Translations under genes and position numbers: made by a program | IMG/VR virus record: IMGVR_UViG_3300025658_000218 | Location: 1 to 55,438 of that record | Strand: one strand, 5' to 3' | Length of the DNA: 55,438 nucleotides | Origin: a virus | Taxonomy: Duplodnaviria > Caudoviricetes | The notes under the pieces: model-generated | Told to the model about the DNA's origin: nothing | Databases searched by the model: none | The model's input: only the letters and a program-made list of their open reading frames with translations | Shown here: positions 15,574-24,404 of the stretch, piece by piece | How the letters are laid out: every line of letters begins with the position of its first letter | Numbering within the stretch: the first letter of the stretch is position 1

Positions 15574-16467
15574 ATGAAACTACGATATTCAGAAGCATTT
15601 TATAGCGTACAAGGCGAAGGCAAGTTTGTAGGAGTACCTAGCGTGTTCTTGCGTACTTTTGGTTGTAACTTTCGTTGTATGAACTTTGGCACTAACGAAA
15701 CAAAAGATCGTTGGGAGCAACATAAAGAAGGTAACCGTTATAATGCAGAAGTAAAAGCATTAATTGACGCAGGTGTACACGAAACAACTGAAAAGTTTAC
15801 AGACTTACCTATTGTACACACAGGATGCGATACATATGCAAGTATCTATCCAGAGTTTAAACACTTTAACAAAGAAGCAACTATTGACGAAGTAGTTGAG
15901 CACCTATTGTCACTTACACCAGAAGGTAAGTGGACAATGGATAATGGCCAGGATGTACACCTTATTCTAACAGGTGGTGAGCCATTATTAGCGTGGCAGC
16001 GATTGTACATTGAGCTGTTCGAACATCCACGTATGCAGGATTTAAAAAATGTTACATTTGAAACAAACACTACACAAAACTTACACGACGATTTCTTCAA
16101 CTATCTCATGGATCAAGACAGATTTGAAGTTACTTGGAGTTGTTCCCCAAAACTTAGTGTTTCGGGAGAACCTTGGGAAACTGCTATATTGCCTGATGTT
16201 GCTCGTGAGTATAGCTGCGTTGACGGCAGTGACATTTATCTCAAGTTTGTTGTCGCTAGTAACGACGACTTTGATGAAGTTACTCGGGCTGTTCAAGCGT
16301 ATCGTGACAACGGCGTGGAATGCCCTGTATACCTTATGCCGCTCGGTGGTAGGTCGGAAGAATACAACCTCAACGTCAAAGATGTCGCAGAAGCATGTAT
16401 GGAAAGGGGCTGGCGTTTTACCCCAAGACTTCACATCTCGCTCTTCGGCAACGCCTGGGGAACGTAG
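15574..16467 (+). CDS. queE: 7-carboxy-7-deazaguanine synthase (radical SAM)
   Basis: SEAFYSVQGEG..VGVPSVFLRTFGCNFRC...GCDT, LTGGEPLL, FETN, CSPKL, LKFVV, YLMP, RLHI.LFGN. Confidence 0.93.
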   Translation: MKLRYSEAFYSVQGEGKFVGVPSVFLRTFGCNFRCMNFGTNETKDRWEQHKEGNRYNAEVKALIDAGVHETTEKFTDLPIVHTGCDTYASIYPEFKHFNKEATIDEVVEHLLSLTPEGKWTMDNGQDVHLILTGGEPLLAWQRLYIELFEHPRMQDLKNVTFETNTTQNLHDDFFNYLMDQDRFEVTWSCSPKLSVSGEPWETAILPDVAREYSCVDGSDIYLKFVVASNDDFDEVTRAVQAYRDNGVECPVYLMPLGGRSEEYNLNVKDVAEACMERGWRFTPRLHISLFGNAWGT

Positions 16468-16503
16468 GGCAGTAGATACAGATAAATTAAGGAAACTAGG
16501 ATT

Positions 16504-16812
16504 ATGAAACAATATTTTCAATTACAACATAAAACAAAACGGCAGGAATACTGGGCTGTATTACTACTATCAATACTAGGAACAATTGTAGGAATTGTAG
16601 CACTGGAAGAAAGCGGACTTGGTCCGTTGATTGCATTGGTTGTGCTAATTGCAACGCTATGGTGTTTAATTGCTACAACTATACGTAGACTAGATGATGC
16701 AGGTCTACATCGACTATGGATACTAGCAGTATTAGTTCCGTATATCGGTAGTATTGCTACACTTGCGTTTGGCATTATTCCGAGTGCAGAGACACAGGCT
16801 GACGTAGAATGA
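16504..16812 (+). CDS. DUF805-family membrane protein
   Basis: RQEYW, IRRLDDAG...W..LVPYIG. Confidence 0.75.
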   Translation: MKQYFQLQHKTKRQEYWAVLLLSILGTIVGIVALEESGLGPLIALVVLIATLWCLIATTIRRLDDAGLHRLWILAVLVPYIGSIATLAFGIIPSAETQADVE

Positions 16813-16991
16813 AGGATCCTAAAGTAACTGAGCTAGTTAAATCTTTATATAAACACATAGACGATATTAATAAGATTAATAAAAAATTGTATAAACAAGG
16901 CGTCACATATAGCATACAAGATAGTTTTGACCAAGAAGTCGAAGCTAAATTACTTGAAATTCGGCACTTGTATCAAAGGATAGATTACTAA
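16809..16991 (+). CDS. hypothetical protein
   Basis: 60 aa, coupled on both sides. Confidence 0.6.
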   Translation: MKDPKVTELVKSLYKHIDDINKINKKLYKQGVTYSIQDSFDQEVEAKLLEIRHLYQRIDY

Positions 16992-17374
16992 TGAAGAAGT
17001 GGCTAAAAAATATTACTGGTATCACTGCTAAGGAACAAGAACTAGAAGCCAAAGAGTTAGAAGTTATTAAAGTACGTGACCCAAAGGCATATGCTACACG
17101 AAAAAAAGAACCTTGGGTAAATGTACTTGATATGCAGGTAAACGAAGACAACATTCGTAATGGCTTCTTTGAACTTGACTGGAACAAATACTTTATTGAA
17201 GAATTAATTAAAAACGGCTACGGTGTTGACGAAGACCCAGAAGAAGAGATTGTTGATCGCTGGTTCAGAGATATTGTATATAACATGTTAGCAGACGAAG
17301 GCATGGATACAGATAGAGGTGCAGGTTATATTAATGTTGTGCCTATTGACAAAGGTAAAAGCGAAGTATCATGA
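16991..17374 (+). CDS. hypothetical phage protein
   Basis: 127 aa; EPWVNVL...NGFFELDWN.YFI..L...GY....EEIVDRWF. Confidence 0.7.
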   Translation: MKKWLKNITGITAKEQELEAKELEVIKVRDPKAYATRKKEPWVNVLDMQVNEDNIRNGFFELDWNKYFIEELIKNGYGVDEDPEEEIVDRWFRDIVYNMLADEGMDTDRGAGYINVVPIDKGKSEVS

Positions 17375-17754
17375 AAGTACGCATAGGTCCATATCGTAAG
17401 AACAGAGCCGAACATGTTGAAATAGAACCGTACGACACATGGAGTATGGATTGCACACTTGCTATGATTATTCATCCTATGCTTGTACAACTCAAAGCAA
17501 CGACACATGGATATCCTAGTGATCTTACTGAAGAACGTTGGAACGAAATACTAGATGAAATGATTTGGGCCTTTGAGCAAAAGTGCAAAGATGATTGGCA
17601 AGATAATTATTATGGGCCATACAAAGAAAATCTAGACATACCCCTCGGTGGACACTTTGAATGGGTTGATCACGACGGTATGAGAAAACACCAAGAACGT
17701 ATGACAGCTGGATTTAAATTGTTTGGAGAATACTATGAAAATTTATGGGATTAA
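17371..17754 (+). CDS. hypothetical phage protein
   Basis: 127 aa; DTWSMDCTLA.II.PML.QLK...HGYP, W..ILDEMIWAF, GF.LFG.YY..LWD. Confidence 0.7.
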   Translation: MKVRIGPYRKNRAEHVEIEPYDTWSMDCTLAMIIHPMLVQLKATTHGYPSDLTEERWNEILDEMIWAFEQKCKDDWQDNYYGPYKENLDIPLGGHFEWVDHDGMRKHQERMTAGFKLFGEYYENLWD

Positions 17755-17760
17755 TAACGG

Positions 17761-17795
17761 TTGACTAATCGTATATAATCGTATATAATCGTATA
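17761..17795 (+). promoter_or_regulatory. sigma70 promoter built from a 3 x 10 bp tandem repeat
   Basis: TTGACT(17761-17766)-17 bp-TATAAT(17784-17789); (TAATCGTATA)x3 at 17766-17795. Confidence 0.7.
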
Positions 17796-17818
17796 TATAA
17801 ACAACAATAGGCAAACTA

Positions 17819-18802
17819 ATGGCAACTTATATTCTAGTAGATACTGCTAACACGTTCTTCCGTGCAAGGCATGTAGTACGTGGCGACATAGATACTAAAG
17901 TAGGCATGGCTCTACACATTACGCTTAACAGTGTTAAGAAAGCGTGGCGTGACTTTGAAGGTTCGCATGTTGTATTTTGTTTAGAAGGACGTAGCTGGCG
18001 TAAAGACTTCTATGAGCCTTACAAGCGTAACAGACAAGTTACTCGAGACAAGATGACTGTTGCAGAGACAGAAGAAGATACAGTGTTTTGGGAAATCTTC
18101 GACGAATTTAAGAACTTTGTATCAGAGAAGACTAACTGCACTGTTATGCGGCATCCGCAACTAGAAGCAGATGACTTAATTGCTGGTTGGGTACAGTCAC
18201 ATCCTAATGATAAACATGTTATTATTAGTACTGACGGTGACTTTGCGCAACTTATTGCTCCTAATGTACAACAGTACAACGGTGTAAGCAATACAACTAT
18301 TACATACAAAGGCTACTTTGACGATAAAGGTCATGCAGTAGTTGATAAGAAGACAGGTGAAGCTAAGGCTGCTCCCGATCCTGAATTCATGTTGTTTGAA
18401 AAGTGTATGCGTGGCGACACTAGTGACAACGTGTTTAGTGCATATCCAGGTGTACGTAAGAAAGGCACTAAAAACAAAGTAGGCCTACAAGAAGCATTTG
18501 CTGACAAGAACGACAAAGGCTTTAACTGGAATAACATGATGTTACAGCGTTGGGTAGATCATGAAGGTGTAGAACATCGTGTACTAGATGACTATACACG
18601 CAATGTTACACTTTGTGACTTAACTGCACAACCCGCAGACATTAGAGCAATCATTAACGAAGAAATTAACAATGTAGAAAGTAAAAATATTACACAAGTA
18701 GGTATGAGACTCATGAAGTTTTGTGCAAAGTGGGATATGCAACGTGTAGCTGATCAAGCAGCATCATTTGCCGAACCTCTACAAGCAAGGTATATTAAAT
18801 AA
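17819..18802 (+). CDS. rnh: 5'-3' exonuclease / T4 RNase H-like flap endonuclease
   Basis: ILVDTAN, SWRKDFYEPYKRNR, EADDLIA, IISTDGDFAQL, GDTSDNVFSAYPGV. Confidence 0.9.
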   Translation: MATYILVDTANTFFRARHVVRGDIDTKVGMALHITLNSVKKAWRDFEGSHVVFCLEGRSWRKDFYEPYKRNRQVTRDKMTVAETEEDTVFWEIFDEFKNFVSEKTNCTVMRHPQLEADDLIAGWVQSHPNDKHVIISTDGDFAQLIAPNVQQYNGVSNTTITYKGYFDDKGHAVVDKKTGEAKAAPDPEFMLFEKCMRGDTSDNVFSAYPGVRKKGTKNKVGLQEAFADKNDKGFNWNNMMLQRWVDHEGVEHRVLDDYTRNVTLCDLTAQPADIRAIINEEINNVESKNITQVGMRLMKFCAKWDMQRVADQAASFAEPLQARYIK

Positions 18803-19260
18803 TGAAACTAAAAACACTACTAGAAGACAAATTTTGGATTGTTGAAGATCAAGGTGAAAATATTGGTACTTTAGCATTTGACGAAGAAAAGTTTGTGTTC
18901 TCAGGTAAAAAAGGTACACAGTTTTTTACTAATAAAAAACAAATTAAAACAGACTTAGGTATTGATCTTAGAAACTCTATTACTGTTTCTGATGGTACAG
19001 AAGAAGTGTTAGAAGTACACGGATATCCGTGTAGTGTGCGTCCTTATAATACAATGTTTAATGTTAAGCAAAGCTTACCGTTATTTACAAAGAGTGATAA
19101 ATCTAAAAGCCTGTATTGCGCAGGTTATTATGTAATTAAATTTGAAAAAGGCTGGGTAAAGTCTTTTTGTCCTAAATTAGTAACAATTGAACGTTACGAA
19201 TCTAAAGGACCTTTTAAAACAGAATCACAAATGAAAGAAGCACTTTGGAATGCAAAGTGA
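18802..19260 (+). CDS. hypothetical phage protein
   Basis: 152 aa, coupled to rnh. Confidence 0.7.
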   Translation: MKLKTLLEDKFWIVEDQGENIGTLAFDEEKFVFSGKKGTQFFTNKKQIKTDLGIDLRNSITVSDGTEEVLEVHGYPCSVRPYNTMFNVKQSLPLFTKSDKSKSLYCAGYYVIKFEKGWVKSFCPKLVTIERYESKGPFKTESQMKEALWNAK

Positions 19261-19495
19261 TCCTATAAACACCATACCTATTCAGCAGTTTATACAGCAA
19301 GTAAAGGCTGCTGACAATACTAATCAGCGTGAGGTAAGGATACCTATTGCACAAGCTAAAAATCTTGCCTTTACGCTGGGTATTATATCATCCAGATTAA
19401 CTGCGGACCTAGAAAAGCTTTTAGTAAATACTTCTACACAAACAGACGAAGTAATAGAGGTACGATTAGATGGTGGCACAGGCTTTAACAATTGA
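19250..19495 (+). CDS. hypothetical protein
   Basis: 81 aa. Confidence 0.65.
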   Translation: MQSDPINTIPIQQFIQQVKAADNTNQREVRIPIAQAKNLAFTLGIISSRLTADLEKLLVNTSTQTDEVIEVRLDGGTGFNN

Positions 19496-19544
19496 ATTAA
19501 GTGAAGAACTGCTAAATAGTATTGACGCCGAGAAGGATGATACT

Positions 19545-19835
19545 ATGAGTAGACCTAAGCCTACAATTATTTTGGAACACACTGACAATGTTACATACAA
19601 GTGTGAACAAATTCTTGAGGCTGAAGCTATTTGGGCTGTCTTTTATAGAGGCAAGCCATTCAATCTTAAAAGTTCGAACATACTTACTAATTACCCAGGT
19701 CCTAAATATAAGAAAACAAGCTTTTCTAACCCAGGACATGCACATAACCTAGCAAAAAGACTAAACGACATGTTTAAGTCGGATGATTTTGCTGTACATG
19801 TGTTAACTGAAGGTAATGTAGTAGTTGAAGAATGA
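19545..19835 (+). CDS. hypothetical phage protein
   Basis: Start moved to MSRPKP after AAGGA; YPGPKYKKTSFSNPGHA.NLA. Confidence 0.7.
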   Translation: MSRPKPTIILEHTDNVTYKCEQILEAEAIWAVFYRGKPFNLKSSNILTNYPGPKYKKTSFSNPGHAHNLAKRLNDMFKSDDFAVHVLTEGNVVVEE

Positions 19836-20212
19836 ACTGGAAAGAAACTTACACTAAAATTTTTCTAAAACAACTTGATAAATCAAGTGATGATACTACT
19901 GTGAAGCAGTACATGCCTCTATGGTGGCAAAATACTAGAGAAAAAGACAACGGTGGGCTTAGATTAACTGAAGCAGGATATGACATAGTTAAACAGATCG
20001 AATTGGCTACATACGATATACCTTATCCTCCTGAAATGCCACTAACTACACAAGTTATTATCTTTTTAGATCAGTTTATTGACTGTCCATACTATCTTAC
20101 CAATCGTAGTATTACAGTAACGAACGAAAAGAAAGCAGTCGAACTAACTCTTTTCTCTGGTGATATAAGAAAATATGGTTTAATTAAGGCAATGAACAGA
20201 GAAAAAGGTTGA
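19832..20212 (+). CDS. hypothetical phage protein
   Basis: 126 aa; WWQN.R....GLRLT..G. Confidence 0.7.
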   Translation: MNWKETYTKIFLKQLDKSSDDTTVKQYMPLWWQNTREKDNGGLRLTEAGYDIVKQIELATYDIPYPPEMPLTTQVIIFLDQFIDCPYYLTNRSITVTNEKKAVELTLFSGDIRKYGLIKAMNREKG

Positions 20213-20236
20213 CAAACTCTGTATAGATGTTATATT
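20209..20236 (+). promoter_or_regulatory. sigma70-type promoter
   Basis: TTGACA(20209-20214)-16 bp-TATATT(20231-20236) with extended TG. Confidence 0.6.
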
Positions 20237-20272
20237 ACTTGTATGCACTGAAACATATGAGAGGAATACAAC

Positions 20273-21358
20273 ATGTCAGAGATGTTAAGAACAGTAGGAC
20301 CTAACAAAGCTAAAAGCGCTATCCTACGTGCTATGAAGAAAAAACGTCCAATCTTCCTTTGGGGACCTCCAGGTATTGGTAAGTCGGACATCGTAGCTCA
20401 AGTTACAGATACTCTACCTAATTCACATTTAATTGATATCCGGTTAAGTCTTTGGGACCCAACTGATATCAAAGGTATCCCACATTTTAATCCTAAAACA
20501 GAAAAAATGACATGGGGTGCGCCAGAAGAGTTACCAGACGAAGAATTTGCTGCACAATATGATAATATTGTAGTATTCTTTGATGAGATGAACTCAGCAG
20601 CGCCTGCTGTACAGGCAGCAGCATATCAATTAATTCTAAATCGTCGTGTCGGACAATACAAATTACCAGATAACGTAATTATTATTGCAGCTGGTAACCG
20701 AGAAGCGGACAAAGGTGTTACATATCGTATGCCTGCTCCGTTGTCAAATCGCTTTGTTCACTTAGAACTTGCAGTAGTATTTGAAGATTGGTTTGGCTGG
20801 GCAGTTGATAATAATCAACACTCAGACGTTGTAGGTTATTTGCAATTTGCAAAGCAAGACCTTTATAACTTTGATCCACGTTCTCCTAGCAGAGCATTTG
20901 CAACACCACGTAGTTGGTCGTTTGTGTCTGAGCTACTAGAAGACGAAGACGAAGAATCTACTACAACTGATTTAGTATCAGGTTCAGTAGGAGAAGGATT
21001 GGCAGTAAAATTTATGGCTCACCGTAAAGTTGCTGCTAATATGCCTAACCCAACAGACATTCTGGAAGGTAAGGTAAAAGAGCTCAAGGCTACGGAAATC
21101 AGTGCAATGTATTCCTTAACCGTATCATTATGTTATGAGCTCAAAGAAGCAAGTGATGCAAACAATAAGAAGTTCGACAATATGGTCAATAATTTCTTAC
21201 GTTTCTCAATGGATAACTTTGACACCGAAATGGTTGTTATGGGTATCAAACTTGCTCTTACTCAATATAGCTTGCCGATTGATCCGGATGCTGTCGAATG
21301 TTTCGACGAATTCCACGATCGTTACGGAAAGTATATTAAAGCTGCTCAAGGTAGCTAA
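20273..21358 (+). CDS. MoxR-like AAA+ ATPase
   Basis: Walker A GPPGIGKS, Walker B VVFFDEMN, AAGNR, PLSNRF, ATPRSW. Confidence 0.9.
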   Translation: MSEMLRTVGPNKAKSAILRAMKKKRPIFLWGPPGIGKSDIVAQVTDTLPNSHLIDIRLSLWDPTDIKGIPHFNPKTEKMTWGAPEELPDEEFAAQYDNIVVFFDEMNSAAPAVQAAAYQLILNRRVGQYKLPDNVIIIAAGNREADKGVTYRMPAPLSNRFVHLELAVVFEDWFGWAVDNNQHSDVVGYLQFAKQDLYNFDPRSPSRAFATPRSWSFVSELLEDEDEESTTTDLVSGSVGEGLAVKFMAHRKVAANMPNPTDILEGKVKELKATEISAMYSLTVSLCYELKEASDANNKKFDNMVNNFLRFSMDNFDTEMVVMGIKLALTQYSLPIDPDAVECFDEFHDRYGKYIKAAQGS

Positions 21359-21364
21359 TAATAA

Positions 21365-21398
21365 GGGAAGTGGGCCATATTTTGGTCCACTTTCTCTT
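21365..21398 (+). terminator. stem-loop, putative intrinsic terminator or processing site
   Basis: 13 bp stem GGGAAGTGGGCCA/TGGTCCACTTTCT (with G-U pairs), 5 nt loop, just after the ATPase stop. Confidence 0.55.
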
Positions 21399-21424
21399 GA
21401 CATTTGCACAAGATGTGTTATATT
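21397..21424 (+). promoter_or_regulatory. sigma70-type promoter
   Basis: TTGACA(21397-21402)-16 bp-TATATT(21419-21424) with extended TG; same layout as the 20209 promoter. Confidence 0.6.
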
Positions 21425-21450
21425 AGTATTATAACAAACGGAGATGGTAC

Positions 21451-22782
21451 ATGCTAGACTTTACTGATATTGTTACAATTAAGATGTCTGCTAAAAAAAC
21501 GCAAACTAAACTTAAAAACTGGTCACCTGATCCAGACCTTACCGCAGATGAGCTAAAAGAAATGAACGCTATTGTAGTAGATCGTATTATTACTGCAAGA
21601 GTTGGTTTATTATTGCGTCATCCGTTCTTTGGTAATCTAGCTACACGTTTAAAAATCCAAGCATGTGATGACTGGTGTATGACTGCTGCAACAGATGGTC
21701 GTAACTTGTATTATAATACACAATTCTTTAATGCTATGGATAATAAAGAAATTGAATTTGTTATTGCACACGAAATCCTACACTGCGTATTTGATCACTT
21801 AACACGCCGTGAAGACCGTAATCCGATGCTGTACAATATCGCTGCGGATTATATTGTAAACAATATGCTAGTAGATCAGCGTATTGGTACTATTCCTAAA
21901 CTAGTTGACTGTTTCCAAGACTTTAAATACCGTGACTGGATGTCAGAAGAAGTATATGATGATTTGTTTAACGAAGCTAAAAAGAACGGTGAAGAGTTCT
22001 TAGATCAACTAGGAGAAATGCTAGACGAACACTATGACTGGAGCGAAGGCGACGATGGTGACGGCGACGACGAAGGCAAAGACGGTGGTAAGAGCGGCGG
22101 ACGTCCTAGCTATTCTAAAGAAGAATTAGATCAAATCCGTGATGAAATGAAAGAAGCAATGATTAATGCTGCGCAAACTGCTGGCGCTGGTAATGTTCCT
22201 GCAGGCGTTGCACGTATGATCAAAGAGCTTACAGAGCCTAAAATGAACTGGCGTGAACTAATCCGTCAGCAAATACAATCTACAATTAAAAATGACTTTA
22301 CATTTGCTCGTCCTAATCGTAAGAGTATGCATACTGGTGCTATTCTTCCAGGACAAGACTTTTTAGATACATGCGAACTGTGCATTAGTATTGATATGAG
22401 CGGTTCGATCGGAAACGAGCAAGCTGCTGACTTCTTAAGTGAAGTAAAAGGCATTATGGACGAATTTAAAGATTATAAAATTAAAATATGGTGCTTTGAT
22501 ACTAAAGTATATAATGAAGACGACTTTAGTGCCGATGACGGACGTGAAATTACTGAGTACGAAGTTGTAGGCGGTGGTGGCACTGATTTTATGGCTAACT
22601 GGCATTATATGAAAGAAGAAGATATTGTTCCTAAGAAATTCATTATGTTTACAGATGGATACGCTTGGGATAGCTGGGGAGATCCAGATTACTGTGATAC
22701 AATCTTTTTAGTTCATAGTAATCATGATAAGAATCTACAAGGACCGTTTGGTATGACAGTTCACTATGACGAGGCTGCATGA
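21451..22782 (+). CDS. DUF2201-like HExxH metallopeptidase-vWA domain protein
   Basis: TAATDG, AHEILH, NIAADY.VN, acidic Gly linker, MIDAS DMSGS, GGGTDF, FTDG. Confidence 0.85.
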   Translation: MLDFTDIVTIKMSAKKTQTKLKNWSPDPDLTADELKEMNAIVVDRIITARVGLLLRHPFFGNLATRLKIQACDDWCMTAATDGRNLYYNTQFFNAMDNKEIEFVIAHEILHCVFDHLTRREDRNPMLYNIAADYIVNNMLVDQRIGTIPKLVDCFQDFKYRDWMSEEVYDDLFNEAKKNGEEFLDQLGEMLDEHYDWSEGDDGDGDDEGKDGGKSGGRPSYSKEELDQIRDEMKEAMINAAQTAGAGNVPAGVARMIKELTEPKMNWRELIRQQIQSTIKNDFTFARPNRKSMHTGAILPGQDFLDTCELCISIDMSGSIGNEQAADFLSEVKGIMDEFKDYKIKIWCFDTKVYNEDDFSADDGREITEYEVVGGGGTDFMANWHYMKEEDIVPKKFIMFTDGYAWDSWGDPDYCDTIFLVHSNHDKNLQGPFGMTVHYDEAA

Positions 22783-23060
22783 AGAACCTAACACCGAACC
22801 CTTATAATGTTTTCGGAGAACGCAGGTTAACCTACCCCCCTGCGCACTTTGAATATGCTACAATACCTGGTATTAGATATAATCTAGGTGAAGCATTAAG
22901 TAAATGGGTAGAAATAAATCTTAAGAGTCGATACTACTTAGGAAAAGAACTAGTTATAAATCATAACAAGGAATTGCAACATGCTATGAAAATAGGATTT
23001 GAAGACTCAAAAGAGATGTCCTATTTTATGTTAGCTTGTCCACATTTGAAATATAACTAG
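22779..23060 (+). CDS. hypothetical protein
   Basis: 93 aa, ATGA coupling. Confidence 0.65.
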   Translation: MKNLTPNPYNVFGERRLTYPPAHFEYATIPGIRYNLGEALSKWVEINLKSRYYLGKELVINHNKELQHAMKIGFEDSKEMSYFMLACPHLKYN

Positions 23061-23100
23061 AAACAGTCAGATAATTATTATTAGCAAAAGGAGAATAGCA

Positions 23101-23451
23101 ATGACTGAGCAAGCTCAAGAAGAAACTACTTTCGAAGAAACAACAGTTGGAGAAGGAACCACTATGGAAGACCAAATGAATCAAGAAGCGGCAGAAGCAG
23201 TAGATACAGCAGCAACCGCAGCAGAAGCGCCAGCAGCAGCAGGCGGAGCACCAGCAGACTTAACAGTACAAGATCTGCAAGCACTAAAAGTAATCATCGA
23301 CGTTGCAAGTCAGCGTGGCGCATTCCGTCCAAACGAAATGCAAACAGTAGGTGCAACATATACAAAACTAGAGCAGTTTCTAGGCGCAATTGCAGCATCA
23401 CAGCAAGCACAACAAGCAGCTGAAGCAGCAGCACCAGCAGCAGAAGGGTAA
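23101..23451 (+). CDS. hypothetical protein with Ala/Glu-rich tails
   Basis: Strong AAGGAGA RBS; core LTVQDL..LK.IIDVASQRGAF...E...VG..Y.KL..FL. Confidence 0.75.
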   Translation: MTEQAQEETTFEETTVGEGTTMEDQMNQEAAEAVDTAATAAEAPAAAGGAPADLTVQDLQALKVIIDVASQRGAFRPNEMQTVGATYTKLEQFLGAIAASQQAQQAAEAAAPAAEG

Positions 23452-23458
23452 GTAACCA

Positions 23459-24055
23459 ATGATCAAACATGTCGGAAGACTCGTAAAAAGTAAACGGCGT
23501 GTGGTAGTTGCTTATAGAGTTGTACCAGGCGACGCGGATAGTTGCCTGGTCATTGCAACCGAAACTCTATCTGCTGACGAACATGACAGTCTTATGAAGG
23601 TCGTAGAGTCAGCAGTTGGACAAGAAGCAGATGATCTAGCACTTGTTTTAGATAGATCACCTTTGCCGGATGGACGCCTAATGCTAAGAGCTTTTCATGC
23701 AACTGGAAAGCTACAAAAAATGCCTACTAATGAAGTGGAATTAGTTCCAAATCAAAAGACTTCAATTAGGCTCGATGAGCTGAATAATCTTATCGCACAA
23801 CAAAAGGGTATAAGTGTTGAAGATCTTGCCTTAACAGATCCCAGCCAAAAGACACCCACAGACACATCAGAAGCAGTAGTTGCAGAAGCACCTATAGCAA
23901 ACACTAATACCCACGACGTTCTTTCAGATGAAGAACTAGCAGCATCTTATAGGTCACAGGCTGACGCTATGTTTAAAGAAGCTAAGAAGCTTCGTGAACA
24001 AGCTGAAGATCTTTTTCCTACTAAGAAAAAGAAAAAAGCGGAAGTTAGTGAGTAA
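23459..24055 (+). CDS. hypothetical phage protein
   Basis: 198 aa; MIKHVGR N-terminus, C-terminal coiled coil. Confidence 0.75.
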   Translation: MIKHVGRLVKSKRRVVVAYRVVPGDADSCLVIATETLSADEHDSLMKVVESAVGQEADDLALVLDRSPLPDGRLMLRAFHATGKLQKMPTNEVELVPNQKTSIRLDELNNLIAQQKGISVEDLALTDPSQKTPTDTSEAVVAEAPIANTNTHDVLSDEELAASYRSQADAMFKEAKKLREQAEDLFPTKKKKKAEVSE

Positions 24056-24365
24056 TAATAGTAAGTTACCTCCGGAGATTGTTAATCATTGGCCAGAGGT
24101 ATTTAATGATGTAGAAATTAAATCTGTACCCATCGAGTACATCAATAGTATTAATATCTTTTTTAATAACGGAAAGATATATACTATTGATGTAGCGAAG
24201 GAAAAGAAAAAATATACAGATTCAGAATCTTTAGAATCATCATTAGAAACATTTTTTTCAGATTACGATAACGTTATTAAAAGTATTGACTTCAGTATTG
24301 ACACGCCAAAAGTCAAACACGATGTACAAAAACGTACACGCACCTTCCTTAAAAAAGGCAGATAA
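24048..24365 (+). CDS. hypothetical phage protein
   Basis: GTG start at 24048; HWPEVF.DV....VP.EY..SI...F..GK. Confidence 0.65.
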   Translation: MSNNSKLPPEIVNHWPEVFNDVEIKSVPIEYINSINIFFNNGKIYTIDVAKEKKKYTDSESLESSLETFFSDYDNVIKSIDFSIDTPKVKHDVQKRTRTFLKKGR

Positions 24366-24368
24366 GGC

Positions 24369-24375
24369 ATAAATA
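24369..24375 (+). promoter_or_regulatory. putative T4-like late promoter core (ATAAATA)
   Basis: Intergenic, 30 bp upstream of the fibre-like gene. Confidence 0.45.
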
Positions 24376-24404
24376 CTGTAACACGAATTTTACGGAGATG
24401 ATGC

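Noticed and set aside
16049-16521. 152 aa and 146 aa overlapping ORFs over the queE 3' end
   Set aside because: They have no motifs or clear RBS and are best explained by local codon bias in queE.
23200-23450. GCA-rich repeats
   Set aside because: These are low-complexity Ala codons in a protein tail, not an independent repeat element.
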